Below, piece by piece: positions 40,886 through 51,074 of a stretch of DNA of 64,000 nt. The stretch spans positions 2,920 to 66,919 of the forward strand of contig JAAEPE010000030.1 in NCBI GenBank assembly GCA_024222395.1, in the 5' to 3' direction. The stretch is from Myxococcales bacterium (GTDB lineage: Bacteria; Myxococcota_A; Polyangia; Haliangiales; Haliangiaceae). Position 1 is the first letter of the stretch. Every line of letters begins with the position of its first letter. A program made the translations under genes and the position numbers. The notes below the pieces were generated by a model that was not told the DNA's origin, made no database searches, and was given only the letters and a program-made list of their open reading frames with translations.

Positions 40886-41524
40886 CTAGTTTGAGCGCGG
40901 TTTTCGCATCAGCGAGGCACAAAGGTGCTCTTGCAAATGGCCGAGAACGTCGGTCATCGGGAGTGGGCTCCGGTCGATTTCCGCTTGCACACTGGTCATC
41001 ACAGATGAGGAGAAGCCGCATGGGTTTATGCGCTGAAAGTAGGATAGGTCGGTGTGCACGTTGAGCGCAAGGCCGTGAAATGTGATCCACTTGCGACAGG
41101 CGATGCCCATCGAGGCGAGTTTGCGGCCATGGATCCACACCCCTGTCTTGCCTTCCTCTCGGCCCGCAGCGAGGTCGTAGTGGGCGAGTGCATTGATGAT
41201 GCCCTCTTCCATGTTGCGCAAGAAGAGGTGGAGGTCGCGCTCCCCGTCATCGAGCAAGCAGATTGGGTAGATCACGATTTGTCCAGGGCCGTGATAGGTC
41301 ACATCACCGCCGCGTTCGATTTCGACGACGGGCACATCGCCGGGGGCGAGTACGTTCTCTTGGGCTTCGCGGCGTCTGCCGAGGGTGAAGACGTGCGGGT
41401 GCTCGACGGCGATGAGCATGTCCCCACACTCACCAGCTTGCCGCTTGCTAACGATCTCGCGTTGACGAGCGAGAGATTCCTCGTAGTCAAGGACGCCCCA
41501 GTCGACAAGCTCGATCTCTTTCAT
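40886..41524 (-). CDS. lipB: lipoyl(octanoyl) transferase
   Basis: AVEHPHVFTLGRR, ERGGDVTYHGPGQIV. Confidence 0.88.
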   Translation of the reverse strand: MKEIELVDWGVLDYEESLARQREIVSKRQAGECGDMLIAVEHPHVFTLGRRREAQENVLAPGDVPVVEIERGGDVTYHGPGQIVIYPICLLDDGERDLHLFLRNMEEGIINALAHYDLAAGREEGKTGVWIHGRKLASMGIACRKWITFHGLALNVHTDLSYFQRINPCGFSSSVMTSVQAEIDRSPLPMTDVLGHLQEHLCASLMRKPRSN

Positions 41525-41542
41525 CGGAACCGCGCTCTCAAG

Positions 41543-42976
41543 CTACTTGCGATTAACGATATGGATAGCTTCGCCGAGGGTGGCCGCAGCGGTTTCCATC
41601 ATCACTTCACTCAGTGTCGGATGCGGGTGAATCGTAAGAGCCAGATCGTGTAGGACCGCGCCCATTTCAATTGCCAGCGCGCCTTCGGCGATAAGGTCTG
41701 ATGCTCCATTGCCCACGATGTGGATGCCAAGGACCTCGCCTGTGTCGGCGTCCGCGACCATCTTGCAGAAGCCGTCGGTGTCGTTGACAGACATGGCGCG
41801 CCCGAGAGCCGCGAATGGGAACTTGCCCACCTTGAGCTTGTGGCCCGCTTCAGTTGCCTCAAGTTCGGTAAGCCCTGTCGATGAAATCTCTGGATCCGTG
41901 AAGACAACCGCTGGAATGGTGCGCACGTCCATTGCTGCTTTGTGTCCTGCGATGAGCTCGGCGACAACCTCGGCCTCTTTGGTGGCCTTGTGGGCAAGCA
42001 TCATGCCGCCAACAACGTCGCCAATTGCGTAGATGCCAGCGACGTTGGTCTTGAGCTGGTTATCAACCTTGATGAAGCCGTGCCCATCGGTGTTGACGCC
42101 GGCAACATCGAGTCCGAGTTCTTCTGAATTTGGGCGGCGACCAACAGAGACAAGGATCTTGTCGGTGTCGATCTTAACTTCACCCTCTTTGGTATCAACC
42201 GTGAGAACGGCCTTGCCCTTCCTTTCTTCCCAGCCCTTAGCCTTGGCGTTGAGCAATACTTCGACGCCCATCTTGCGAAGCTTAGTGGCGACGACGCGAA
42301 CGCAGTCGGCTTCCATGCCGGCGAGAAGTGATGGCATGGCTTCGACCACTGTGACTTTGCAGCCGAGTTTGGCAAAGACGGTTCCTAGCTCAAGACCAAT
42401 GTAGCCACCACCGATAACAACCATGTGCTTGGGCACGTCTTCGAGGGCGAGAGCACCGGTTGAGTCGATGACGAATTTGTCGTCGGGTGTGAAACCAGGG
42501 ATCACGATTGGACGAGAACCGGTGGCAATGACGACGTTCTTGGCGATGATGGTGGTATCTTCATCTTTGCCCGAGACGATGACTTGGTGGCCGCCGCCGG
42601 CGCGCTTGCCGATGCTAGCGGTGCCCTGCATGAGCTCGCTGCCATTGGCTTTGATGAGTTGCTTCACGCCGCCGGTGAGCTTCTTGACGATGCCACCCTT
42701 CCACGCTTGCATGGCAGGCATGTCGACGGAGACTTTGCCCTCGACCTTGATGCCAATTGCATCGGCCTTGCCCATCTTCTCGTAGGTCTTGGCGCCGTGA
42801 ATGAGCGCCTTTGACGGGATGCATCCAACGTTGAGGCAAACACCGCCAGGCGAGCCCTTTTCGACGACGATGGTCTTGATGCCGAGTTGGCCGAGGCGAA
42901 TGCCGCACGGGTATCCTCCGGGGCCACTACCAATAACCACTGCGTCTGCTGTGCGTTCTTTACTCATCGTTTGCAT
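41543..42976 (-). CDS. lpdA: dihydrolipoyl dehydrogenase (E3)
   Basis: VIGSGPGGY, GGVCLNVGCIPSK redox disulfide, GDVVGGMMLAHKA, HPHPTLSE. Confidence 0.92.
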   Translation of the reverse strand: MQTMSKERTADAVVIGSGPGGYPCGIRLGQLGIKTIVVEKGSPGGVCLNVGCIPSKALIHGAKTYEKMGKADAIGIKVEGKVSVDMPAMQAWKGGIVKKLTGGVKQLIKANGSELMQGTASIGKRAGGGHQVIVSGKDEDTTIIAKNVVIATGSRPIVIPGFTPDDKFVIDSTGALALEDVPKHMVVIGGGYIGLELGTVFAKLGCKVTVVEAMPSLLAGMEADCVRVVATKLRKMGVEVLLNAKAKGWEERKGKAVLTVDTKEGEVKIDTDKILVSVGRRPNSEELGLDVAGVNTDGHGFIKVDNQLKTNVAGIYAIGDVVGGMMLAHKATKEAEVVAELIAGHKAAMDVRTIPAVVFTDPEISSTGLTELEATEAGHKLKVGKFPFAALGRAMSVNDTDGFCKMVADADTGEVLGIHIVGNGASDLIAEGALAIEMGAVLHDLALTIHPHPTLSEVMMETAAATLGEAIHIVNRK

Positions 42977-43032
42977 CCTTACTAGCAGCTAGGAGCTGCT
43001 TATCTTGTATTCGCGCCGGGCTGTTCTTCTAG

Positions 43033-44217
43033 CTAGTCGACAATCGCTTCTAGTGTGGCGAGTTGCTCTTCGAGACGCCACCATGGGGTCTGAAACACAT
43101 CTTGAATCAAGCTGCTGAGTGGTGGCATTGTCACGTCTCGTTGCTTCTCTACCGATTTTCTAACCATTGCCTCGATTTGCGTGACCATGGCTTCGAAATC
43201 GGCTTCGCTGAGCCAGCCATTCTTCTCGAGGAAGACGCGCATGCGAACCAGAGGATCGCGCTTGGTGCGCCACACCTTAGTCACGCTCTCGTCTCGATAG
43301 CGGGATGGATCATCGGAAGAGGTATGGGCGCTGACTCGATACGTGAGTAGCTCAATGAAAGTGGGGCCGTCGCCGCGCCGTGCTTTCTCGACCGCGTACT
43401 TGCTCACTTCGTAGACGGCGAGAATGTCATTGCCGTCGGCCCTTAGTGACTCGATGCCGTAGCCGAGGCCTTTGACAGCGATGGTCTCCGATGCTGTCTG
43501 ACCTGTACCTGGCGTGGAGATCGCCCACTGGTTGTTCTGGCAGACCATGACGACGGGAGCTTTGCGCACGCCGGCGAAGTTCATTGCCACGTGAAACTCG
43601 GCCTCACTGGTCGCACCATCGCCCATGTAGCCCATGCACACTTCACTGCCGTCACCGGCAATCTGAATGCCCATAGCAATGCCCATCGCGTGAGGGAGTT
43701 GCGTGGCGATGCAGGAGGACATATTCACGTACCGAGTTGCGGGGTCGGATGGGTGCAACGGCATCTGGCGTCCGCGGGTGACATCGTTTGCGTTGCCGAA
43801 TAGCTGGGCAACGAAGTTGCCGAAGTCCATACCTCGGTACAGGCCTGCTCCGTGCTCACGAAGCGCTGGGACAAGCCAGTCTTGCGACGAGAGAGCGGCT
43901 GCCGAGCCTATGCCTGCTGCTTCTTGACCCAGAGTCTCTGCGTAGAAACCCAAGACGCCCTGGCGTTGCAGAGCCATGAACTGCTTGTCCATTAGGCGAG
44001 TGAGCAGCATGCCGCGATAGAGATCGAGACTGAGAGCTTTGTCAAAGCGAGCGGTGTTGGCCGGATCGTAGGAGCTGTCCTCACTCAAGATTTCAAACAG
44101 GCCTAGAGCCTTGGCCTCTTCGTCTTGATCGAAGTACGCAAACGCTGGACCAGTAGGGGCTTGCGGAGGCATGGGCATCGCCTCATTCTCTGTCTTCTCG
44201 CTCTGTCCATCTGGCAT
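43033..44217 (-). CDS. 2-oxoacid dehydrogenase E1 component alpha subunit, second copy
   Basis: TPP motif YMGDGATSEAEFHVAMNFAGVRKAPVVMVCQNNQWAIST. 4-nt gap after the E2 gene. Confidence 0.85.
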   Translation of the reverse strand: MPDGQSEKTENEAMPMPPQAPTGPAFAYFDQDEEAKALGLFEILSEDSSYDPANTARFDKALSLDLYRGMLLTRLMDKQFMALQRQGVLGFYAETLGQEAAGIGSAAALSSQDWLVPALREHGAGLYRGMDFGNFVAQLFGNANDVTRGRQMPLHPSDPATRYVNMSSCIATQLPHAMGIAMGIQIAGDGSEVCMGYMGDGATSEAEFHVAMNFAGVRKAPVVMVCQNNQWAISTPGTGQTASETIAVKGLGYGIESLRADGNDILAVYEVSKYAVEKARRGDGPTFIELLTYRVSAHTSSDDPSRYRDESVTKVWRTKRDPLVRMRVFLEKNGWLSEADFEAMVTQIEAMVRKSVEKQRDVTMPPLSSLIQDVFQTPWWRLEEQLATLEAIVD

Positions 44218-44221
44218 GGGA

Positions 44222-45547
44222 CTACACCATCTCCATGAACATCATGGTTGGATCTTCGAGCAGAGCTTTCACATCCTGCACGAAGATGGCGCCGTCGTAG
44301 CCGTCCACCAATCTATGGTCGAGTGAGATGGCCAGGTTCATTTTCCAGCGAATGCACAGCTCACCGTCACGAACTGCTGGGCGTTGTTCCATCTTGTGTA
44401 CACCCAGGATGCCAGCTTCGGGGAAGTTGATAATGGGAGTCGCCATGAGGCCACCGAGCTTGCCAAGGGACGAGATTGTGAAGGTTGAGTTACTGAGGTC
44501 TTCGCGAGTTGCGGTGCCATCTTGCACTGCTTTGGCAAGACGTGTGACTTCGGCCGCAATCTCGAAGATGGAGAGCTTGTCTGCGTTACGTACCACAGTG
44601 ACGGTCAGTCCCTGAGGGCCCTGGGTCGCCACGCCGATGTGATAATAGTTCTTGCGAACGATTTCGGTGGTACTCTCGTCCAAAGAGGAGTTGAGGCTTG
44701 GGTGCTTCTTGAGGCCTGCAACCACGGCCTTAATGATGAACGGCAGGTAGGTGAGCTTGACGCCACGCTCTTCGCCACGAGCTTTCGCACGAGCGTGAAC
44801 TTCAACAAGGTCGTTGGTATCGACCTCTTCAACGTAGGTGAAGTGAGCAGCAGTGAAAACCGAGCGAGCCATGTTGTCGGCGATGCGCTTGCGCATGCCG
44901 CGGAAGGGAATGCGCTCTTCTTCGCCGTCTGTTGCGATCGCGACGGGCTTGCGTGCAAGCAGAGGTGCTGGCTGGGCAGCTGCCGCTGCAGAAGGGGCAC
45001 GGTTCTTCTGGAAGTTCTTGAGGTCGTCGGTTGTCACGCGACCGTGTGGGCCGCTGCCGGGCACCTGCGCGATGTCGATATCCACTTGACGAGCTACGCG
45101 GCGGGTCGCGGGTGTGGCGAGCACGCGGGTTCGACCAGAGGTCGCGTCGATGACCACGGGCTTGCCAGCGGAACTCGATTTCGCACTTGTCGCTCCTGCC
45201 GCGACTGCAACTGCGACGTCTGCCGCATTGAAGACTGTGGTCGTGGCACCGGCCGCTGTGTCCTCAAACTCAGCGACCGCGGAGGCTGTAGCTGGAGCCA
45301 CTGATGCTCCGCCCTCGTTGATGACGAAGAGCACTTCGCCAACCGAGCACATATCGCCCGGCCCGTAGTTAAGCGCTTCGACGGTTCCCGCCTTTGGGCT
45401 GGGAATCTCGACGGTGGCCTTGTCACTCATGACCTCGACGATGGGTTGGTCGAGTGCGACGGAGTCGCCCACAGCGACCTTCCAATCGACAACTTCGGCC
45501 TCGGTCATACCCTCGGCCAGATCGGGAAGATGAAACTTAAATGACAT
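44222..45547 (-). CDS. dihydrolipoamide acyltransferase (E2)
   Basis: Lipoyl domain VEVMSDKATVEIPSP, subunit-binding segment ATPATRRVARQ, catalytic DHRLVDG. ATG 45547 lies 2 nt after the E1-beta stop. Confidence 0.9.
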   Translation of the reverse strand: MSFKFHLPDLAEGMTEAEVVDWKVAVGDSVALDQPIVEVMSDKATVEIPSPKAGTVEALNYGPGDMCSVGEVLFVINEGGASVAPATASAVAEFEDTAAGATTTVFNAADVAVAVAAGATSAKSSSAGKPVVIDATSGRTRVLATPATRRVARQVDIDIAQVPGSGPHGRVTTDDLKNFQKNRAPSAAAAAQPAPLLARKPVAIATDGEEERIPFRGMRKRIADNMARSVFTAAHFTYVEEVDTNDLVEVHARAKARGEERGVKLTYLPFIIKAVVAGLKKHPSLNSSLDESTTEIVRKNYYHIGVATQGPQGLTVTVVRNADKLSIFEIAAEVTRLAKAVQDGTATREDLSNSTFTISSLGKLGGLMATPIINFPEAGILGVHKMEQRPAVRDGELCIRWKMNLAISLDHRLVDGYDGAIFVQDVKALLEDPTMMFMEMV

Positions 45548-45549
45548 GC

Positions 45550-46524
45550 TTACCACTCCAGAGTTTTGCGGATTGCGCCGAGAACACGGGCTGCGTTTGG
45601 CATGTATTCGTGTTCGAGGCTGTAGGGGAAGGGGGTGTCAAAGCCACAGACTCGACCGATGGGAGCTTCGAGGTGTGCCATGCAGCGCTCGTAGAGAGAG
45701 CTGCAAATCTCGGCACCGTATCCGCACGTTTGCGGAGCCTCGTGCACCATCACTGCGCGACCGTTCTTAGTCACCGACTCGGTGATTGTCTCAATGTCGA
45801 AAGGCATGAGAGTGCGAAGGTCGATGACCTCGCAGGAAATGCCAATCTCGGCTGCCTTGGCAGCTGCCTCCTCGATGACGTGCAACATCGCACCGTATGC
45901 GATGAGAGTGACTTGGTCGCCCTCGCGAGTCACCTTAGCCTTGCCGAGTTCGACGGTGTAGTCGTTTTCGGGGACGTCACCGCGAGATGCGCGATAGATC
46001 TTCTTTGGCTCCATGAAGAGCACAGGATCGTCTTGTCGCAAACAGCTCAGCAGCAGACCCTTGGCATCGTACGGATTCGAAGGAATCACAACCTTGATGC
46101 CAGGAGTGTGAACGAAGAGTGCTTCGGGTGACTGGGAGTGGTAGTGACCGCCGCGGATGCCGCCGCCGACCGGCGTGCGAATGACGACGGGACAAGGGTA
46201 CTGGCCGCCAGAGCGGTAGCGGAACTTCGCCAGCTCGTTCACGATTTGATCGAAAGCGGGGAAGATGAAGTCTGAGAACTGAATCTCGGGAATCGGTCGC
46301 ATGCCGTAGACCGCCATGCCGATAGCGGCTCCGATGATGCCCGCTTCCGCAAGTGGGGTGTCGATGACACGCTCTTCTCCGAATTCATCGTAGAGGCCGC
46401 TGGTGGCGCGGAAGACGCCGCCAAACTTGCCTACATCTTCCCCAAGAACGATGGACTTGGGCTCGAGGGCCATCTGAATGCGTAGTGCATTGTTGACTGC
46501 TTGGATAATGTTCATGGTCGGCAT
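45550..46524 (-). CDS. 2-oxoacid dehydrogenase E1 component beta subunit
   Basis: MNIIQAVNNAL..., VLGEDVGKFGGVFRAT, transketolase-like C-terminal domain. Confidence 0.9.
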   Translation of the reverse strand: MPTMNIIQAVNNALRIQMALEPKSIVLGEDVGKFGGVFRATSGLYDEFGEERVIDTPLAEAGIIGAAIGMAVYGMRPIPEIQFSDFIFPAFDQIVNELAKFRYRSGGQYPCPVVIRTPVGGGIRGGHYHSQSPEALFVHTPGIKVVIPSNPYDAKGLLLSCLRQDDPVLFMEPKKIYRASRGDVPENDYTVELGKAKVTREGDQVTLIAYGAMLHVIEEAAAKAAEIGISCEVIDLRTLMPFDIETITESVTKNGRAVMVHEAPQTCGYGAEICSSLYERCMAHLEAPIGRVCGFDTPFPYSLEHEYMPNAARVLGAIRKTLEW

Positions 46525-46587
46525 AGGTTCTTGATTTCCGCGGTACGAGTTGTAGACCGTTAGCTGTTGACGGTTAGTTGTGGACCA

Positions 46588-47715
46588 CTAGTTATGAAGA
46601 TGGGGGTTCTTTGTGCGAGCTTGCGAGAGCAGGTACTCCTTTTGCTCTTTCAGGTGCCACGGCAAGTCTTGGTAGACGTCGTCAAACATCGATTCGACTT
46701 CAGGGGCGCCGTGTGCTTCGGCAAGTGCCATGTACTTCGAAATCTCATCGTTGCAGCGGTCAGAGATCTCCTTCTCCATGCCCTCGGTCCACAGGCGCTT
46801 ATTCTTCATGTAGCCGCGTAGGCGGTTGAGAGGATCGCGCGGGCCCCAAGCCTCAGGCTCTGCAGGGTTGCGGTACACGCTCGGATCGTCGGAGGAGGAA
46901 TGCCCCTCGACTCGATAGGTAACGCACTCGATCAGGGTTGGGCCTTCTCCTGCACGTGCTCGTGCGACAGCATCGTTGGCCACTTGAATGACGGCGAGAA
47001 TGTCGTTGCCGTCAACTCGGACGCCTGGCATGCCGTAACCGATGGCCTTGCTAGCAAAACTCTTAGCTGCCGTTTGCTTCTCTGTTCCCGTGGAGATTGC
47101 CCAGCCATTGTTGCGAATGACGAAGATGGCCGGCGCCTTGCTAACACCAGCGAAGTTCATCCCCACGTGGAATTCGCCTGTGGACGAGGTGCCTTCGCCG
47201 AAGAACGTCATTGCGACTTGGTCGGTGCCGCTCGCCTTCATGCCCATAGCCGTTCCCACGGCTTGTGGGATCTGCGTTCCCACAGGTGAGGATATGGACA
47301 CCATGTTCAGCCAATTGGCCGAGTGGTGTACTGGCATCTGGCGCCCCTTGGTTGCGTCTTTGCAGTTGCCAAAGAGCTGATTGAGGAATTGCTCGATGGT
47401 GTAGCCCCGCCAGAACCACGCGCCTTGCTCGCGATAGCTTGGGTAGATCCAATCGTCTTGACGCAGTGGGAAGACTGAGAGGTGGGTAGCCTCTTCGCCG
47501 AGGGACTTCATGTAGAAGCCGAGCTTGCCTTGTCGCTGAATACGCATCATGCGCTCATCGACGATGCGAACCATGAGCATGGTGTCGAACAAGTGATGAA
47601 GCTCTTCGTCGCTTACTTCGGGGACGGTCACGCCGCTTATGACTTTGCCGTCGTCGTCGAGAACTCTTCGCAAATCGTCGTCTGTTTGTACCGCTGCAAC
47701 TTCTACCGCTGACAT
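46588..47715 (-). CDS. 2-oxoacid dehydrogenase E1 component alpha subunit, first copy
   Basis: TPP motif FFGEGTSSTGEFHVGMNFAGVSKAPAIFVIRNNGWAIST. Confidence 0.88.
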   Translation of the reverse strand: MSAVEVAAVQTDDDLRRVLDDDGKVISGVTVPEVSDEELHHLFDTMLMVRIVDERMMRIQRQGKLGFYMKSLGEEATHLSVFPLRQDDWIYPSYREQGAWFWRGYTIEQFLNQLFGNCKDATKGRQMPVHHSANWLNMVSISSPVGTQIPQAVGTAMGMKASGTDQVAMTFFGEGTSSTGEFHVGMNFAGVSKAPAIFVIRNNGWAISTGTEKQTAAKSFASKAIGYGMPGVRVDGNDILAVIQVANDAVARARAGEGPTLIECVTYRVEGHSSSDDPSVYRNPAEPEAWGPRDPLNRLRGYMKNKRLWTEGMEKEISDRCNDEISKYMALAEAHGAPEVESMFDDVYQDLPWHLKEQKEYLLSQARTKNPHLHN

Positions 47716-48017
47716 GGCTCGTACCTTCCTCTCGTGTGGTCCAAAGGAGCTGTGGACACACCGAATACAGGCCTGCGATGGCGGGTGTCAACTGAGATCC
47801 GGGGCTTTGGCTGAGAGTGGAATTCACCTTTAGCTACGGGAGGTTGTGCCGCACCGCGTCGCCTCTCGGACCGACGACTGAGGATGAATCACCTGGCGTT
47901 GAATGAAGGCTGCAAACCTTCGAGATCCAAGAGATTGTCACCATTTGATGACAAGTTTGGGGGCTCAGGGGCTCGGGCTGTATAACTCCGCCCAACTCTC
48001 GACCGAGATCTCAAGCG

Positions 48018-50624
48018 ATGGTCAACAAAACCTGGAATAGCAGTGAAGTCCGCGAGCTCTTTCTGAGCTTTTTCGAAGAAAGTGCGCACCTGCGTATTCC
48101 CTCAGCCGGGTTGGTTCCAAAGAACGACCCAACTCTTCTCTACATCAACTCGGGCATGGCGCCACTGAAGGACTATTTCACTGCCGCTGCAAAGCCGCCG
48201 CAGAAGACGCTCGTCAATGTGCAGACCTGCATTCGCACCCGTGACATCGATGACGTCGGTGATCGTCACCATCTCACGTTGTTCGAAATGATGGGCCAGT
48301 GGTCCATCGGTGATTACTTCAAAGAGAAGGCCTGCCAACTGAGTGTCGAGCTCTTGGTAAACGGCTACGGTTTCGATCAGAGCAAGCTCTTTGTCACTTG
48401 CTACGGCGGCGACGAAGCGCAGGGCATACCTCGCGATACCGAGAGCTACGACGCTTGGCGCTCGCTTGGTTTCCCCGAAGAGCGTGTCGTTTACTTGGGC
48501 GCAGACAACTTCTGGGGACCCGCTGGTGAGAGCGGTCCCTGTGGCCCGTGCACAGAAGTCTTCTATGACACCGGTGATAACTACGGGCCTGCCTACGTGC
48601 CGGGGGGCGACTTCGATTCGAGTAGTCGCTACATCGAGATTTGGAACGCTGGCGTCTTCATGCAGTACGACAAGCGCGCGAGTGGTAAGCTCGACTCGCT
48701 TCCGTTCAACTCGGTAGATACGGGCTCTGGCCTTGAACGCATGACGATGATTTTGAACGGCATGGACACGGTCTATGAGACCGACCTCATGAAGCCACAC
48801 ATGGATGGTATTTCCGAGCGACTTGGCGAAGCGTCGACGGTTCGCGATTGCCGCATGATCACCGACCACTTGCGCGCAGCAACGTTCATTCTTGCCGAGG
48901 GTGTGCGCCCTGGCAATGACGGTCGAAACTACATTCCCCGCCGACTTCTACGAAAGTGCATCGCGGTGACGACACGTGCTGGTCTACCGGAGTTTGACTA
49001 CGATGGGCTCATTCACGGCATCGTAGACCAGATGGAGCCTTTCTACCCGCATCTTGGGCAAGGTCGCCAAACGATCTTGAAGTCATTCAATGCGGAGCGT
49101 GTGGAGTTTGAGCGCACGCTCAGTCGCGGCCTCGACAAGCTCGAAGGCCTAAGCAAAGGCGAGAAACCGCAGATCAGCGGCCAGGACGCCTTTGACCTAT
49201 TCCAGAGTTACGGCCTCCCCTTTGACATCATCCGCGATGTCGTCGAAGAGAAGGGCGGCAGTACGGACGAGGCTGGCTACGACGCTGCATTCGCGCGGCA
49301 CCAGAAGATCTCCAAGGGGAACACCAAGGAATCCTCCGGGGAAAAGAGCCCGTGGCCTCAGGACGACGCGCCCTACCGAAATCTCGACGATGACGCTGCC
49401 GACTCAGAGTTTGTCGGATATGAGAGCATGGAAGGCCAAGGTCGTGTTCAGGTTCTACTCGTCAAGGGTGAAGCGGTCGAGAAGGCCGAGGAGGGCACCT
49501 TTGTCGAGGTCATCGCGACTAGCACTCCTTTCTACGCAGAATCCGGCGGACAGGCTGGCGATCAAGGCGGCATCAAGGCCCCCTTTGGGCAGCTCGAAGT
49601 GCTCGACTGTCAGAAGGTCGTTGGACGCTTCCGTGTGCATCGCTGCAGAGTCGAGAGCGGCTGTGTTTCCGTGGGCGACATGCTCACCCTATCGGTGGAT
49701 GAGAGCATTCGCCGAGACTCTATGAACAACCACAGTGCGACCCACGTCATGCACGCGGTCCTCCGCGATGTGTTGGGCGAGCACGTCAAGCAGGCGGGCT
49801 CACAGGTTGATGCGGAACGTCTACGTTTTGACTTTGATCATCCCCAAAGAGTCTCTCCAGAAGAACTCTCAGAGATTGAGAGGCGAGTAAATCTACACAT
49901 TCGACAGAATGTCGAGCGTCTTACCCTGGAGACCAGCTACGATGACGCTGTGAGCAAAGGTGCCTTGGCGTTCTTTGGTGATACCTATGGCGAACTCGTC
50001 CGCATGGTGAAATTCGGTGATGTTTCGACGGAGCTCTGCGGTGGTACTCACGTCGGTAGAACTGGTGACATCGGCAGCTTCCGCATCATCTCCGAAGGCA
50101 GCGTCGCCAGTGGTGTTCGAAGAATCGTTGCCGTGAGCGGTCGCGGTGCGATGGAATTCACCATGGAGCAGGGCCAGCTGCTAAACACCATTGCGCTCAA
50201 GCTCAAGACTAAGGTCGCCGACATACCCGAGCGCCTCGAAGCGCTTACGGCAAAGAAAGCCAAACCCAAGAAGGCAGCTCCTGCAGCTGATCTAAGTGAG
50301 CAAGCAAAGACTGCCGAGTCGGGCACCAAGTACGTCGTCGCCCGTCTCTTTGGTGAAGCCGCCGACATGCGCGAAGAGGCGCTTCGCCTTGCCGACAAGA
50401 TCTCCGGTGTCGTCGCGCTAATTGGCGAAGAAGAAGGCAAGGTCCGTATGGTCATTGCCGTTGCCAAACCACTGACCAAAGAAATCAACGCAGGCGCCCT
50501 ATTCAAGAAAGTCGCGCCCCTCATCGACGGTCGCGGTGGTGGCAAGCCACACCTCGCCCAAGGTGGCGGGCAGAACCCAGCCGGCATCGAAAAGCTCATC
50601 AGTGAATTCCCCAATGTGCTTTAG
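48018..50624 (+). CDS. alaS: alanine--tRNA ligase
   Basis: FFEESAHLRIPS, editing-domain HSATHVMH and CGGTHV, C-terminal DHHA1-like GGGKPHLAQGGG. Confidence 0.93.
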   Translation: MVNKTWNSSEVRELFLSFFEESAHLRIPSAGLVPKNDPTLLYINSGMAPLKDYFTAAAKPPQKTLVNVQTCIRTRDIDDVGDRHHLTLFEMMGQWSIGDYFKEKACQLSVELLVNGYGFDQSKLFVTCYGGDEAQGIPRDTESYDAWRSLGFPEERVVYLGADNFWGPAGESGPCGPCTEVFYDTGDNYGPAYVPGGDFDSSSRYIEIWNAGVFMQYDKRASGKLDSLPFNSVDTGSGLERMTMILNGMDTVYETDLMKPHMDGISERLGEASTVRDCRMITDHLRAATFILAEGVRPGNDGRNYIPRRLLRKCIAVTTRAGLPEFDYDGLIHGIVDQMEPFYPHLGQGRQTILKSFNAERVEFERTLSRGLDKLEGLSKGEKPQISGQDAFDLFQSYGLPFDIIRDVVEEKGGSTDEAGYDAAFARHQKISKGNTKESSGEKSPWPQDDAPYRNLDDDAADSEFVGYESMEGQGRVQVLLVKGEAVEKAEEGTFVEVIATSTPFYAESGGQAGDQGGIKAPFGQLEVLDCQKVVGRFRVHRCRVESGCVSVGDMLTLSVDESIRRDSMNNHSATHVMHAVLRDVLGEHVKQAGSQVDAERLRFDFDHPQRVSPEELSEIERRVNLHIRQNVERLTLETSYDDAVSKGALAFFGDTYGELVRMVKFGDVSTELCGGTHVGRTGDIGSFRIISEGSVASGVRRIVAVSGRGAMEFTMEQGQLLNTIALKLKTKVADIPERLEALTAKKAKPKKAAPAADLSEQAKTAESGTKYVVARLFGEAADMREEALRLADKISGVVALIGEEEGKVRMVIAVAKPLTKEINAGALFKKVAPLIDGRGGGKPHLAQGGGQNPAGIEKLISEFPNVL

Positions 50625-50816
50625 AAAGGGTGTCGATCTGACTGTGACAGCGGCTTCGTCGTCATTCCATGGGTCTAGAAGGCACTGGTGCGCAGAACGA
50701 AGCACGTCGAGGCAACGCCGCTAGAAATTTGGCCAATCTCACCGTCGCACACCAGGATTCGGCTCCTCATAGGAGCCTCCGAGGCTGAGAGCGTCAAATT
50801 CAAAGTCACACCCTTT

Positions 50817-50853
50817 AGAAATCAGTAGCCAGCTGCGCTGGCTACTGATTTCT
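50817..50853. repeat. perfect 17-bp stem hairpin
   Basis: AGAAATCAGTAGCCAGC tgc GCTGGCTACTGATTTCT. Confidence 0.85.
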
Positions 50854-50854
50854 A

Positions 50855-50885
50855 CGCGACAGGCTTCGCCTGTCGCGCTTCTTTT
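50855..50885 (+). terminator. Rho-independent-type terminator (probably for alaS)
   Basis: Perfect 10-bp GC-rich stem CGCGACAGGC ttc GCCTGTCGCG followed by CTTCTTTT. Confidence 0.6.
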
Positions 50886-50900
50886 CGGTTCCTTCGGCAG

Positions 50901-50978
50901 TCGGTTCTTCCGGGGTCACGTTCTAGGGGCACAAGCTCTTCGGTTCTTCCGGGGTCACGTTCTAGGGGCACAAGCTCT
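50901..50978 (+). repeat. 39-bp tandem direct repeat x2
   Basis: TCGGTTCTTCCGGGGTCACGTTCTAGGGGCACAAGCTCT occurs twice back to back. Its core GGGGTCACGTTCTAGGG recurs inverted at 51098-51114 (CCCTAGAACGTAACCCC). Confidence 0.9.
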
Positions 50979-50990
50979 TAGAATATACGA

Positions 50991-51074
50991 GCATCTCAGC
51001 GTTTCGCGATTTACGGAATTGCGGCGATCTCGTGACTCATGCCGAATCGACAATCGCGAAACCCGCTGAGATGC
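50991..51074. repeat. long interrupted inverted repeat (21/23-nt arms, ~40-nt loop)
   Basis: GCATCTCAGCGTTTCGCGATT ... AATCGCGAAAccCGCTGAGATGC, lying 56-139 nt beyond the murG stop. Confidence 0.8.

Noticed and set aside
47780-47830. CTGAGA-containing stretch next to a TPP-dependent E1-alpha gene, considered as a TPP riboswitch
   Set aside because: The motif is on the wrong strand for the E1 gene. The flanking sequence lacks the conserved ACCC/GGGG pairing and the pyrimidine-sensor helix. alaS is not a known TPP-regulated gene.
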